From positions 1 through 64,000 of the IMG/VR virus record IMGVR_UViG_3300032893_000013: a stretch of DNA of 64,000 nucleotides; one strand, 5' to 3'. Positions 55,346-64,000 of this stretch are shown here, in pieces. The notes under the pieces are model-generated. The model ran no database searches and was not told the origin of the DNA. It saw only the letters and a list, made by a program, of their open reading frames with translations. Each line of letters starts with the position of its first letter. The stretch's first letter is position 1. Both the position numbers and the translations under genes were made by a program. The stretch is from a virus.

Positions 55346-56024
55346 CGTCTTTCTTGTCTGTCTTCGCTTCGGATAATGCCAGCTTCTTCAGCATTTTGGA
55401 CTGAAGTTCAGGATTTATAATCGTAACCGGCTGATTTGACTCAACCACAACTTTGGACTCAGAGCGGATGTTGTGGTTGGACACTCGATCTTCTCCGGTG
55501 ATCTTTTGAATGGTTTCAACCATAGCCTTGTACGCCGTTGGAGTGTTGAGCCAGTGATCGGGCTTGTCTTCTTCTTTGCCAGTCTGAATGTATCGCTTCG
55601 CCTTTTCGTTGAAATCTTTGTGGGCCACGGACATTTGGTTCATGGTGAATTCAAGCATTTCCAGCTTCATCTTGGCCAATCGGGCGCCCATCTGAACCTG
55701 AAGATTGTAGACGTATTCGTCGCGGGCCTGATCCCACTTGTACTTTTTTCGCAAATAGAGAACATCGCCCTCTCGAACTTTCAGGTGAGAATTGACCTTG
55801 GCAATGTGCTCACATGAATAGCCTTCAAGGAAAAGTTGGTACATTTGCGCGGCCACACTAGGGGAAAGAGGAATGACGCCGGTCGTTTCGACTTTTTTCA
55901 GCGACTCCTGCTCTTTTGGAGTCAGAAGCGATGTGATGTCATCGGGTTTTGCTGCGGGAACCGGCTTATTGTCACCAATTTCCGTTACATCCCTAGTTGG
56001 ATTTTTGTTCGACGTGTCTTCCAT
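55338..56024 (-). CDS. Terminase small subunit candidate
   Basis: HTH-like LFLEGYSCEHIA..Y-x-W then helices; overlaps TerL start. Confidence 0.55.
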   Translation of the reverse strand: MEDTSNKNPTRDVTEIGDNKPVPAAKPDDITSLLTPKEQESLKKVETTGVIPLSPSVAAQMYQLFLEGYSCEHIAKVNSHLKVREGDVLYLRKKYKWDQARDEYVYNLQVQMGARLAKMKLEMLEFTMNQMSVAHKDFNEKAKRYIQTGKEEDKPDHWLNTPTAYKAMVETIQKITGEDRVSNHNIRSESKVVVESNQPVTIINPELQSKMLKKLALSEAKTDKKDDE

Positions 56025-56412
56025 CTATCATCACCTTTATTTTTGTATCGTCGCCCCAAAGAAGCTCACGAGTCCAGGTATTCAAATTGATCGTTGCCAA
56101 CGCGACTTCATCGAGATACTTCTTCTTGGAAGTCAGCATGTTCAGCTTGATCGACCACTTATTGCGAGGCGACAACTTTTTCTCTTTATTGCGCTTCCAA
56201 TAACCGCTGGTGTAAATCTGATACGAGACGCTCTTGTTGTCCGCATCAATCTCAACCGTTCCGTCAAGTGCTGTCTTGCAGCACGCGACCAAATAGCACT
56301 CAAGCTGTCGAATGTGAAACTCATGTAGGATGCCATAATTCCTGAGAAGCAACTTTGCTATCAGGAGTTGGCGTTTCCAAGATTTGGTATTAGAGTCTGA
56401 AGTTTGGTCCAT
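55993..56412 (-). CDS. Hypothetical protein
   Basis: Overlaps both neighbours. Confidence 0.6.
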   Translation of the reverse strand: MDQTSDSNTKSWKRQLLIAKLLLRNYGILHEFHIRQLECYLVACCKTALDGTVEIDADNKSVSYQIYTSGYWKRNKEKKLSPRNKWSIKLNMLTSKKKYLDEVALATINLNTWTRELLWGDDTKIKVMIDGRHVEQKSN

Positions 56413-57419
56413 ATCTTAGCTTTCGTTTGATCGTCTGCATCGTAAACCTTGTGGACGTACTGATGCAATGATTTGTTGACGCTGCCGCCTTCTGCTTCGA
56501 TGTCGATTTTCTTTCTGATGTCTTTCCGTATGTCCGGTATGAACTTCACACGTTCGGTGAGATGACCATACAGGGCCAAGGTTTCTCGGTAAAACTCTTC
56601 TGATCCGTGAACACAAATCCGCACATCATCTTTCGGATTCCATTTACTTTCATCAACCGGCAAATGCTCTTTGCCTTCTTCGATGTCATAACGTATGAAC
56701 GACTTCACAAGGCCGTTGGTCGAATACTTCATCCACTGATCGTTTTGGTTATCGTAGACAAAAATCCCTTTGTTCTCGTTATATTCTGTTGGAAGGAGTG
56801 CTCTCGGAGTTCCTGGATAGTAAACATTACCAACACGCTGCTCCATATGGATGTGACCAGAAATAATTCTACGCTGGGGCAAACGACGTTGATCGACGCC
56901 TCCTGGAGCAAGGCTTTTATTTTCATAGTAAGCTCCCTCAACAGTTTGATGACAGACTAAAATTTTGTCTGCGTTTTGTTGGCAAGTTTGGACAAACTTC
57001 TCATTATCACCAATGAACGGAACCATGAAATAAGGACCGTCCACCATTCCCTTTTCAGTATCATCAACGACATGAACGGAAGGGATGCCATCGAATACAA
57101 GGCGAACAGCATTCTTCTCGACAGAGTGTGGAGAAGAGCCGTCATGATTGCCTGCCATCAAAAATGGCTGTCGCGCAGTTCGCTGGAAAATCTCAAGCAT
57201 TTTGTCACGCACAAAATATGCTGTCTCTTGGCGCACAACAGAGTGAGTATGGAAAATATCACCAAGGAAAATGATGCGATGGACAGAAGGATTTTCTTCT
57301 GCCGTCTTCGCAACTAAATCGAGTATCAGGCCCGTGTCTTCCATGTTAGACGGCATTGCGTGCAAGTCGCCGACAAAGAGAGTATAGCCATTGTTTGCAA
57401 AATCTAAATTATTGTCCAT
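56361..57419 (-). CDS. SbcD/Mre11-like nuclease
   Basis: GDLH, LGDIFH, GNHD, CHQ, SGHIH, YPGTP. Confidence 0.88.
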   Translation of the reverse strand: MDNNLDFANNGYTLFVGDLHAMPSNMEDTGLILDLVAKTAEENPSVHRIIFLGDIFHTHSVVRQETAYFVRDKMLEIFQRTARQPFLMAGNHDGSSPHSVEKNAVRLVFDGIPSVHVVDDTEKGMVDGPYFMVPFIGDNEKFVQTCQQNADKILVCHQTVEGAYYENKSLAPGGVDQRRLPQRRIISGHIHMEQRVGNVYYPGTPRALLPTEYNENKGIFVYDNQNDQWMKYSTNGLVKSFIRYDIEEGKEHLPVDESKWNPKDDVRICVHGSEEFYRETLALYGHLTERVKFIPDIRKDIRKKIDIEAEGGSVNKSLHQYVHKVYDADDQTKAKIWTKLQTLIPNLGNANS

Positions 57420-57747
57420 TTGAACTCAACGGAAGTGCTTCAGGTCGGCCATCGGCTGTTTTGTTTTTTCTCGGGCGCTTGTGGAACACCGGAAGTTCTT
57501 CGTGCATCAAAATGAAGGTCACGTCACCAAGTTGCAACTTTTGAGTTGCCTGCGGCAAACGCATCACATCCGCACGGAAATACAAAATATCGCCCTTCTT
57601 AAAGCGTTCGGAGTCGAACAAAACTTCTGTCTCGATCAATTTCGTGACCGTCACGTCAGTCAAGTCAAGACCTTTCACGCGCTGACGTTCTTCGGTGTCT
57701 TTTTTGAACGGCGCAACGGCGACCTGCTTATTCATCGTTTCCATCAA
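57409..57747 (-). CDS. GroES-like co-chaperonin candidate
   Basis: V-A-V-x-P, mobile-loop-like GL-x-L, KKGD-x-L-x-F, G-x-x-x-FILM-x-E-x-x pattern. Confidence 0.5.
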   Translation of the reverse strand: MMETMNKQVAVAPFKKDTEERQRVKGLDLTDVTVTKLIETEVLFDSERFKKGDILYFRADVMRLPQATQKLQLGDVTFILMHEELPVFHKRPRKNKTADGRPEALPLSSNGQ

Positions 57748-58744
57748 TTTTGATCCCTTTCAATCGTAAAACTTTTCTTTCAATCAAGGATAATACACCA
57801 AAACTTTTCTGAAGTACATCCAAAGTGTCATCGTCCTCAACGGCCTGGTATCCGTCCATGCCATCAGTCGGGGCTACGAACGTATCTACCAGTCGGGTGT
57901 CGGAGTCTTCCGAAATGGTATCATCAAGCGATGAGTAGGAAGTGGCGGCGAGTAAATCATTCACTTCTTCTTCAGCGATGTCCAAAGCCTGAGCCACATC
58001 TCTGTTTTGCATATTCGGATTTTTTTGTAACATTTTCCGAATCTGATAGAGTTTTTTCTTGGCGTGTTCACCAACCGTAGCAGATGAAATGGTCGATCCG
58101 TTGCTTATGAGATTGCTGATGATTCTTCCAATAGCCATAGCGTGGAAGCTGGAGGCTTCTTCGTCCATCACATATTTGTCCACAGCCACAACAAGTGCTT
58201 CATTGGCAAGTTGGATCAAGTCCTCAAACTCAGACGCTCCAGCGGCCCAAGACTTCTTGAAAATTCCAGCTTTATGAAGCGAAAGGTACAAATGCTTGTT
58301 GATGATTTCTTCGCGCAATTCCTTGATCTCTGAGAAAAGTTTACTCAAAGTCTCGCGGAACGTCGGCTTCTTGTCTTTCTTCTCTTCCTTGCCCTCAAGA
58401 CACTGGATGGCAAAAAGGCAGAATCGGTAATTTATCGGGACCGGATACATGAGCTTTGGCTGAACGTCTCGTATAGCCTTGTTCACCGTGTCGAGGTACG
58501 AATCCTGCCGAGCGCGGAAATATGACTTGGCAACTTTGATGCCGCCCTGCGACCGGGAAATTTTCTGAATGAATTCCAGATATACCTTGCGGCCCGCCGC
58601 CGTAGATTGTAACTTTTTCGCAAAAAGCTGTTCGCGCTCATAGAGTCTTCCGAAAACTTCCAGGATGTCCTCATCCGAAAGATTCTTGAGGGCACCGTTG
58701 ATGTCCTCCAGGTAGACTTTTACGAGATCCGCGAATTCGTTCAT
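57728..58744 (-). CDS. Phage sigma70-family factor
   Basis: FEDLIQ..AL..AVDKY (region 2), VAQALDI..SLDD (region 3), LS-x-IERKVL (region 4 start; appears to end before the region-4 HTH). Confidence 0.8.
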   Translation of the reverse strand: MNEFADLVKVYLEDINGALKNLSDEDILEVFGRLYEREQLFAKKLQSTAAGRKVYLEFIQKISRSQGGIKVAKSYFRARQDSYLDTVNKAIRDVQPKLMYPVPINYRFCLFAIQCLEGKEEKKDKKPTFRETLSKLFSEIKELREEIINKHLYLSLHKAGIFKKSWAAGASEFEDLIQLANEALVVAVDKYVMDEEASSFHAMAIGRIISNLISNGSTISSATVGEHAKKKLYQIRKMLQKNPNMQNRDVAQALDIAEEEVNDLLAATSYSSLDDTISEDSDTRLVDTFVAPTDGMDGYQAVEDDDTLDVLQKSFGVLSLIERKVLRLKGIKIDGNDE

Positions 58745-60183
58745 GTTCTGTATTCCAAAATTTGGACCGGCCCAACTTCTTTGAGCAGCTTGATCCTGGC
58801 ATTACCATGCCTCTTGAGCATAGGGACGTTGTTGACACGGAAATCAACCAGCTTACACTCAGTCTTTCCGGTTTCTTTGTCGATGCGAGTGCTCCTGCCT
58901 ATGACGCCTTGCTTGAATTTCGTTTCTGCCTTGCCGCCCTGCCAATTTATGGTGAGACGAACGGGCTTGAAGTTCGTGCCAGTTGATACAGCCGAAGTTC
59001 CAACGACGCACATAATCTTGCCAGCGTTGAAGTCTTGACAAATCTGGTCCGTGTCGGCGCCGCCGCGTGCGTAGGCATAGACGGGACCGATTCGATTGCG
59101 GAGCGCCAGTTCTTGTTCGTGCTCATCAATCAGAATCAGCGTCGGAAGACCTTGAGCTAGAGCGTCGGGAACCATCTGAGCAATGATGTCAAGGATGAAG
59201 TTGTTGCGATAAAAGTGGCTTTGATTCATCTTCACGGTGTTGTTACTGTTGGTGTACGCCGAATATGAAGGAACGTCGAACACGAGGGTATTGAGCTTTG
59301 CCAGATAGCCCTTTTCTTGACCTTCTTGAATCGTCATCGAATAAACGTTCTTGCCAATAATTCCCTCAAGCAAAAGATCCTTGCCATCATTTCGTTCCTG
59401 AGTCGCAGAGAGAAACCAGCGGTACGGGCAGTGCCCGAGAACACTGTGGCAAAAATAGTTAAATTGATTTGCGGGAAGCGTGTGTGATTCATCGCTGATG
59501 AAAACTTGGTACTTCTTGAATTTGTCGAGCTTTTCTTCATCTTTCACGAGAGCCAAGCTCTTGCCGACACAAACGAGTATGTCCTTGCCAATTTCTTTTT
59601 TGCTTCCGCCAAACATGCCGACTTTGCGCTTGCCGAAATACCGACACAAGTCGTTGTACATTGACTTTGCCAAGCCAATCGTAGGAGTAGAGATGATCGT
59701 CGGCAGTCCCGTTGCCTTCACCAGCAAAACAGCGATGTGACTTTTCCCAAGTCCAGTCGCAATTTCGACGTGCGAATGCGGACTGTTCAGCATTCCCTCT
59801 ACCGCTTTGTCTTGATAGTCATAGGGATCAAAGTCTGGAATACGATCCCACGGAATCAACTGAAAGTCCGGGTAGTAAACTTGATTTTCAAATTCGACCT
59901 GAAACTCTCGTTGCAATCGAGACAAAACTCCGGGCAGCGTGTAATAGCCCTCTTCATCTTCGTAGAGAAGAGACTTGTACAGTTCTTCCTCCAGATCGGC
60001 AAGCATCTCGTGGAAGCGTTCTTTGCCGTACTGCTTGATGTAAAATGGATTTTTCTTCAGGCGACGGATTTTCTCATCTACCGTAGCGTCTCGGTACTTC
60101 AGAACATTCTGAAGAGTCATGACTTCAGCTTCAGAAGCGTTTTGGATTCTAAGTTTTACTGGCGTTTGAAGAATCAGTTTCAT
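58741..60183 (-). CDS. SF2 helicase (UvsW/XPB-like)
   Basis: YQ, ATGLGKS, DESH, SAT-x-ER-x-DG, Q..GRSTR. Confidence 0.9.
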   Translation of the reverse strand: MKLILQTPVKLRIQNASEAEVMTLQNVLKYRDATVDEKIRRLKKNPFYIKQYGKERFHEMLADLEEELYKSLLYEDEEGYYTLPGVLSRLQREFQVEFENQVYYPDFQLIPWDRIPDFDPYDYQDKAVEGMLNSPHSHVEIATGLGKSHIAVLLVKATGLPTIISTPTIGLAKSMYNDLCRYFGKRKVGMFGGSKKEIGKDILVCVGKSLALVKDEEKLDKFKKYQVFISDESHTLPANQFNYFCHSVLGHCPYRWFLSATQERNDGKDLLLEGIIGKNVYSMTIQEGQEKGYLAKLNTLVFDVPSYSAYTNSNNTVKMNQSHFYRNNFILDIIAQMVPDALAQGLPTLILIDEHEQELALRNRIGPVYAYARGGADTDQICQDFNAGKIMCVVGTSAVSTGTNFKPVRLTINWQGGKAETKFKQGVIGRSTRIDKETGKTECKLVDFRVNNVPMLKRHGNARIKLLKEVGPVQILEYRT

Positions 60184-60370
60184 TTTCAGGTTCCCAAAAG
60201 TGGTCGGAAAATTTTTGTCCGGCGACAGAATATTCCGCTCGTGGAGGAATCATGCCTGCCTCTTGAATTGCTTTCAGAATTTCATTAGGCCAATGGTCAC
60301 TCAATAAAACGACATCATCCATCTGAAGCAAAACGTCTTTGATTTTTTTCAGCATTTCACTTCGCTTCAT
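60149..60370 (-). CDS. Small phage protein (MKRSEM...AGM-x-PP..WE-x-E type)
   Basis: Overlaps helicase start. Confidence 0.65.
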   Translation of the reverse strand: MKRSEMLKKIKDVLLQMDDVVLLSDHWPNEILKAIQEAGMIPPRAEYSVAGQKFSDHFWEPENETDSSNASKT

Positions 60371-60483
60371 CGAGACGTGACTCTCATCAAAAAAAGAAGG
60401 CCGAGGAGTATTGCAACTTCGGCGATTACTGGATTGGCTGATAGCAAAAAGTACGCCTGCCAGAGAAGATGTCTAATTTTCAT
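60367..60483 (-). CDS. 38-aa membrane peptide (not in ORF track)
   Basis: MKIRHLLWQAYFLLSANPVIAEVAILLGLLFLMRVTSR; ATGA overlap; GAGG upstream. Confidence 0.5.
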   Translation of the reverse strand: MKIRHLLWQAYFLLSANPVIAEVAILLGLLFLMRVTSR

Positions 60484-60502
60484 GGGATAGCCTCTGTTGC
60501 CC

Positions 60503-60571
60503 ATACTAGCGTCTCAAAATGGGATTGTCAAGCGGAAATCAATTGACCTGTGTACTTTTTTGGGACATACT
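60503..60571. promoter_or_regulatory. Divergent sigma70-like promoters
   Basis: Minus TTGACA-N17-TAGTAT (60531-60503); plus TTGACC-N17-CATACT (60543-60571). Confidence 0.65.
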
Positions 60572-60577
60572 CAGGCA

Positions 60578-61480
60578 ATGTCGGCAAAAAAGCAGTTTGA
60601 AAAACTTCCATACCACATCCTGTTGAACCCCGATCTTTCGCCAGAATCCAAGCTACTCTTCCTGATCCTTAAGAAATATAAAGGCTTTGGGAAGGCGTTT
60701 GCCAAGATTGACACACTCGCGGAGCGTCTCAACTGCTCCAGGAACTGCATTGGATCATACGTCGATGAGCTTGTAAAGGCAAAGCTCCTGACTTACAAAA
60801 AAGGCGGCTTCAAAAAGGCCAATGAATACGAGCCTGACATGAATCCGGCGACGCGCTATGCCATGGTTTCCGTTGATTTTCTTCAAAGTAAAAATTTTAC
60901 ATCAACTGAAAAAATTATACTGATCTACCTGAAGGAGCGGGCCGGTCTTGAATTCGGCTACAGGCAGATGTCAAAGGACCTTGGACTTAGCCCCAAAACC
61001 TTCCAGCGGTTTTTCTCCGGCGACAAATGGCACCGATTCTTCGTGAGAAACGTCGGCCAGGGAAAGAACAAAAGTACATACACACTCACGAAAGAGGGGC
61101 ATTCAATCTCGGAAGGGGGTATGGACATTTTTGACGATGGTATGGACAAAACCGTGTCTCTACCTGTGGACAAAACTGTGCAAGGGGTATGGACAAATCT
61201 GACAGGGGGTATGGACAAAACCATGTCACCAATCAGACTTAATAAAAACAGACTTAGGAAATCAGACTTAAACATTCAAGTCTTTTCTATTCAGACATGG
61301 AATTGCAGTTGTGGATGCAAGACAGAAGACGAACATAAAAAATTCCAAGAAAAAATTAAAGCCGACTTCGATAGAGAAATTTCTCGTCCTCCCAAAAAGA
61401 CTATCCTCTCAGAACAACAAGAAGAAATGGCAAAAAAAATCAAAGAGTGGGAACAAACAGGCTTCTTTCCCAAAAAATAG
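60578..61480 (+). CDS. Replication initiator-like protein with tandem winged-HTH domains
   Basis: LS..KLL..L...TLAERL-x-CSR..L...LL...N-x-Y, then a second copy; contains iterons. Confidence 0.7.
   Translation: MSAKKQFEKLPYHILLNPDLSPESKLLFLILKKYKGFGKAFAKIDTLAERLNCSRNCIGSYVDELVKAKLLTYKKGGFKKANEYEPDMNPATRYAMVSVDFLQSKNFTSTEKIILIYLKERAGLEFGYRQMSKDLGLSPKTFQRFFSGDKWHRFFVRNVGQGKNKSTYTLTKEGHSISEGGMDIFDDGMDKTVSLPVDKTVQGVWTNLTGGMDKTMSPIRLNKNRLRKSDLNIQVFSIQTWNCSCGCKTEDEHKKFQEKIKADFDREISRPPKKTILSEQQEEMAKKIKEWEQTGFFPKK
61115..61272 (+). repeat. Iteron array plus AT-rich repeats (putative origin)
   Basis: Five TGGACA cores at 61122, 61143, 61167, 61190, 61212; CAGACTTA at 61234, 61249, 61263. Confidence 0.75.
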
Positions 61481-61528
61481 TTGCTTCAAGGACCTTCAAA
61501 TTGGGATATTAACCTTGTAGGAGCTACT

Positions 61529-61732
61529 ATGGATTTGTTTACCCTTACGGAATTGAAAACTATTCACTCAGCACTCTGCCTGAGAGAAGCAACTCTTCTT
61601 CAGATCGCCGACACTGAACACACTGAAGTTCCACCGGAACAGAGATTTTTTGTTCCGCAACTTCGACAGGTTCGTCTTTTGAAAGAAAAAGTTGCATCTG
61701 AAATTCGCGTTTCCCTGAGAACGGAAGGATAA
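61529..61732 (+). CDS. Hypothetical protein
   Basis: AGGAG RBS. Confidence 0.6.
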   Translation: MDLFTLTELKTIHSALCLREATLLQIADTEHTEVPPEQRFFVPQLRQVRLLKEKVASEIRVSLRTEG

Positions 61733-61735
61733 AAA

Positions 61736-63562
61736 ATGTACAGAGAACTTGTCAAAGCAAAGACAGCCGCAAAGAAAATTACCTACGGTGGAGGCGGCGG
61801 CGGAAACTCCGACGATCTCAAAACTGTAGTTTTAGACACTGTAAGGAAAGCCAGCCAGTTGGTGGGCAGTACCCTTGGACCTAATGGGCGCGTGGTTTTA
61901 ATCGAAAGGCAAGAGAGCCTTCCCCCTTTTACAACGAAGGATGGGATCACCGTTTTCAATTCCATGGCGTTTGCTAACCCAACTGCGCAGGCTGTTTTAG
62001 AAGCTGCGCGGGATAGTAGTAGCAAAACGAACGTAGAGGCGGGAGATGGGACCACTACGGCTACTATCCTTGCGGAAGCTCTTATCCGCTTAGGTTTTGA
62101 ATACCTTGAAAAAAATCCAAAGTTGAGCGTTCAGAAGGTCATGCGCGAAATGGAAAGAACTTTCCGCGACCTTGTGGTTCCCGCGATCAAAAGTTTGTCA
62201 GTAAAGATTACAGAGCAAAACAGCGACGATCTACTTCGTAAAGTGGCTATGGTAGCGACGAATAACGATGAGGAGATGTCAGATGCAGTCATTAGAGCTT
62301 TTGGAACTGTTGGGCACGGTGGAAACATTACCATCGACGAAGGCCCAGGAGCATCGGGATACCAAGTCGAAAAGATTGAAGGTCTTCCTATCGCCCGTGG
62401 ATTTGAAGATTCGTGCGGTCGCTTTTTTGAAGAGTTCATCAATGACAAAGCCAATTATCGTGTCATTCTCGAAAAACCGCATTTCATTCTCTACAACGGA
62501 AAGCTCAACGAACCTTCTGCCTTGATTCCGATTCTTCAGAAAGTGGCGACTGCGACCGGCTTGACCGGCGAAGAGATCCGCGCCTCAAAATTTTCCCCGA
62601 ATATCATCGTTGTGGCGCACCATTTCTCAGAAGCCGTACTCGCGTTCATGATGAATAACTTCAAGAATGCCGAGGCTTTGAATCTTTTTCCTCTTAAGAC
62701 TCCGCTTACACAACAAACGAACAGTCCATTTCATTTTTTACACGATCTATCGGCGTTTACCGGCGCGATTGTTTTCGATCCGGTGAGCAGACCGCTCGAA
62801 AGTGCAGAACTTGAGGATCTAGGTGTAGATGAGATGCGTCTGTTCGAGTCTTATCGCTACAAATCCCTCCTTTTAGGAGAACCGCCAGAACCTATCCTGA
62901 TTGCCCGAGTCGAAGAACTTGAGCAACAGGCTAAACAGCCGGAAAGTGAGCTTGATGGCGAAATTATTCGTGAGCGCATGTCCCTTTTGACGGGAGGCGT
63001 TGCCCGAGTGCGCGTTCTTGGCTCATCTGAGTCCGAACTGAAGGAAAAGAAACACCGCGTTGAAGATGCGGTCATGGCAATCAAAGGCGCGCTCAAAGAA
63101 GGAGTGTTGCCCGGATGTTGCAAAACTCTTCTCGTCCTTTCGTCAGCCATCGCTCAAAATCCGACAACATCCGACGCCGTGAAACAAATCATGGCTCGCG
63201 CCTTGGCCGAACCGTTCAGTAGAATTTTCACAAATGGTGGAGCTACTACCGATGAAATCCAAGCGATCTATGCAAAAATGATGGATGTAAAAAATCCTTT
63301 CTTTTACACATACGACGCTTTGAGCGGAAAAACCGGCGATGCCATCGAGTTGGGAATCGTTGACTCTGCATCCGCCGTCCTGATGGCAATTAAAAACAGC
63401 CTGGCGGTCGCTAAGATGCTTATGGGACTGTCTGGCATTGTTGTGTTCCAACGCGATCTCGAAACGGAAATTGACGCCTCTAGGACGTTCAAAGCGGAAA
63501 ATCAGGCAATGGCCGAAGCGATCCGCGACTCTAACCAAGAACATTGGGAACCGCCAATTTGA
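61736..63562 (+). CDS. groEL: Phage chaperonin GroEL
   Basis: STLGPNGR, TKDGITV, AGDGTTTAT, EKKHRVEDA. Confidence 0.95.
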   Translation: MYRELVKAKTAAKKITYGGGGGGNSDDLKTVVLDTVRKASQLVGSTLGPNGRVVLIERQESLPPFTTKDGITVFNSMAFANPTAQAVLEAARDSSSKTNVEAGDGTTTATILAEALIRLGFEYLEKNPKLSVQKVMREMERTFRDLVVPAIKSLSVKITEQNSDDLLRKVAMVATNNDEEMSDAVIRAFGTVGHGGNITIDEGPGASGYQVEKIEGLPIARGFEDSCGRFFEEFINDKANYRVILEKPHFILYNGKLNEPSALIPILQKVATATGLTGEEIRASKFSPNIIVVAHHFSEAVLAFMMNNFKNAEALNLFPLKTPLTQQTNSPFHFLHDLSAFTGAIVFDPVSRPLESAELEDLGVDEMRLFESYRYKSLLLGEPPEPILIARVEELEQQAKQPESELDGEIIRERMSLLTGGVARVRVLGSSESELKEKKHRVEDAVMAIKGALKEGVLPGCCKTLLVLSSAIAQNPTTSDAVKQIMARALAEPFSRIFTNGGATTDEIQAIYAKMMDVKNPFFYTYDALSGKTGDAIELGIVDSASAVLMAIKNSLAVAKMLMGLSGIVVFQRDLETEIDASRTFKAENQAMAEAIRDSNQEHWEPPI

Positions 63563-63570
63563 GGTAGACC

Positions 63571-64000
63571 ATGATTGTGCTGTATAAATGTAATCTTTGC
63601 TCAAATTCGATCAAGAAATATTACTCGCAGGGGCAGAAACAAGCTCCGTTCATTCAGTGCGAGTGCAAAGGTGTCATGGAAAAACAATTACCCGAATTCA
63701 GCACGTCTAGCTTTGAAACCGTAGACAATGGTAACATGGTGAAGAAAGTGGAACTTCGTAAGGGCGCGGTCGAAAAGGCACGCGCAAAGGGCGATGACTT
63801 CATCCAAAAAATGGAAGATCGCAATAGGGTAATAAGAATGAGACTTGATCTTGCGTCACTAAACATCAGCGCGCTCAAGAATTTCGCCGCCAATCAGCAT
63901 GTGGACTTACCTTCCTATGGCGTAACCGCAATTGTTGGGAAGAATGAAGATGATGGCGGAAGCAACGGAACCGGCAAATCATCCTTCTCGATTGCCGCAC
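63571..64000 (+). CDS. Zn-ribbon domain in frame with SbcC/Rad50-like ATPase N-terminus (runs off right edge)
   Basis: YKCNLC..CEC..MEKQ; no stop before MRLDL..IVGKNEDDGGSNGTGKSS. Confidence 0.7.
   Translation, partial: MIVLYKCNLCSNSIKKYYSQGQKQAPFIQCECKGVMEKQLPEFSTSSFETVDNGNMVKKVELRKGAVEKARAKGDDFIQKMEDRNRVIRMRLDLASLNISALKNFAANQHVDLPSYGVTAIVGKNEDDGGSNGTGKSSFSIAA

Noticed and set aside
9186-59740. Long antisense ORFs (e.g. 9900-10655, 17495-18316, 37141-37932, 44307-45413)
   Set aside because: Shadows of well-supported genes on the other strand; no motifs or RBS
61115-61272. Mini-CRISPR or simple peptide repeat
   Set aside because: Period of 21-24 bp is too short and not frame-preserving; better explained as iterons
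1-64000. Stop-codon reassignment, inteins/introns in TerL or helicases, integrase or transposase
   Set aside because: Genes are intact and tightly packed under the standard code with all three stops used; no intein termini or recombinase motifs seen

Overview
A densely coding fragment of a large contractile-tailed phage (myovirus) genome, read with the standard genetic code. The minus strand carries a virion morphogenesis region with SPO1/Twort-like logic: TerS candidate, TerL, portal, Mu-F-like head protein, prohead protease, scaffold, major capsid, neck/tail-completion genes, a 938-aa sheath and the tube. Islands of early/metabolic genes interrupt it: ThyX, DEDDh exonuclease, DinG-like helicase, a kinase-phosphatase-Rnl1 RNA-repair fusion, a collagen-like lipoprotein and a metallophosphoesterase. 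The right end holds a phage sigma factor, SF2 helicase, SbcD, GroES-like/GroEL, an SbcC-like fragment and an HTH initiator gene with internal iterons. The left end holds a second RNA ligase, a zf-PARP-like protein, a macrodomain, an AAA ATPase and an endonuclease VII. The most striking unexplained structures are: (1) a ~17-kb block (12.4-29.8 kb) of late genes encoding modular polyproteins whose domains (ARTs, lytic transglycosylase, PI3/4K-HipA-like kinase, GNAT, Nudix, nuclease-like, degenerate cyclase-like) are separated by a hydrophobic-x-K|S/A/N/T/D motif also found at the capsid N-terminus and throughout the scaffold and protease, suggesting capsid-packaged, protease-released effectors; (2) a ~480-nt highly structured non-coding RNA candidate (5405-5888); (3) a nine-copy late-promoter-like motif TCA-N5-TTA-N5-AAATCTTAA. 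All protein calls are motif recognition by eye; no database searches were run. A deltaproteobacterial-type host is only weakly suggested (NtrC-type Fis HTH, lipoprotein repeat type).
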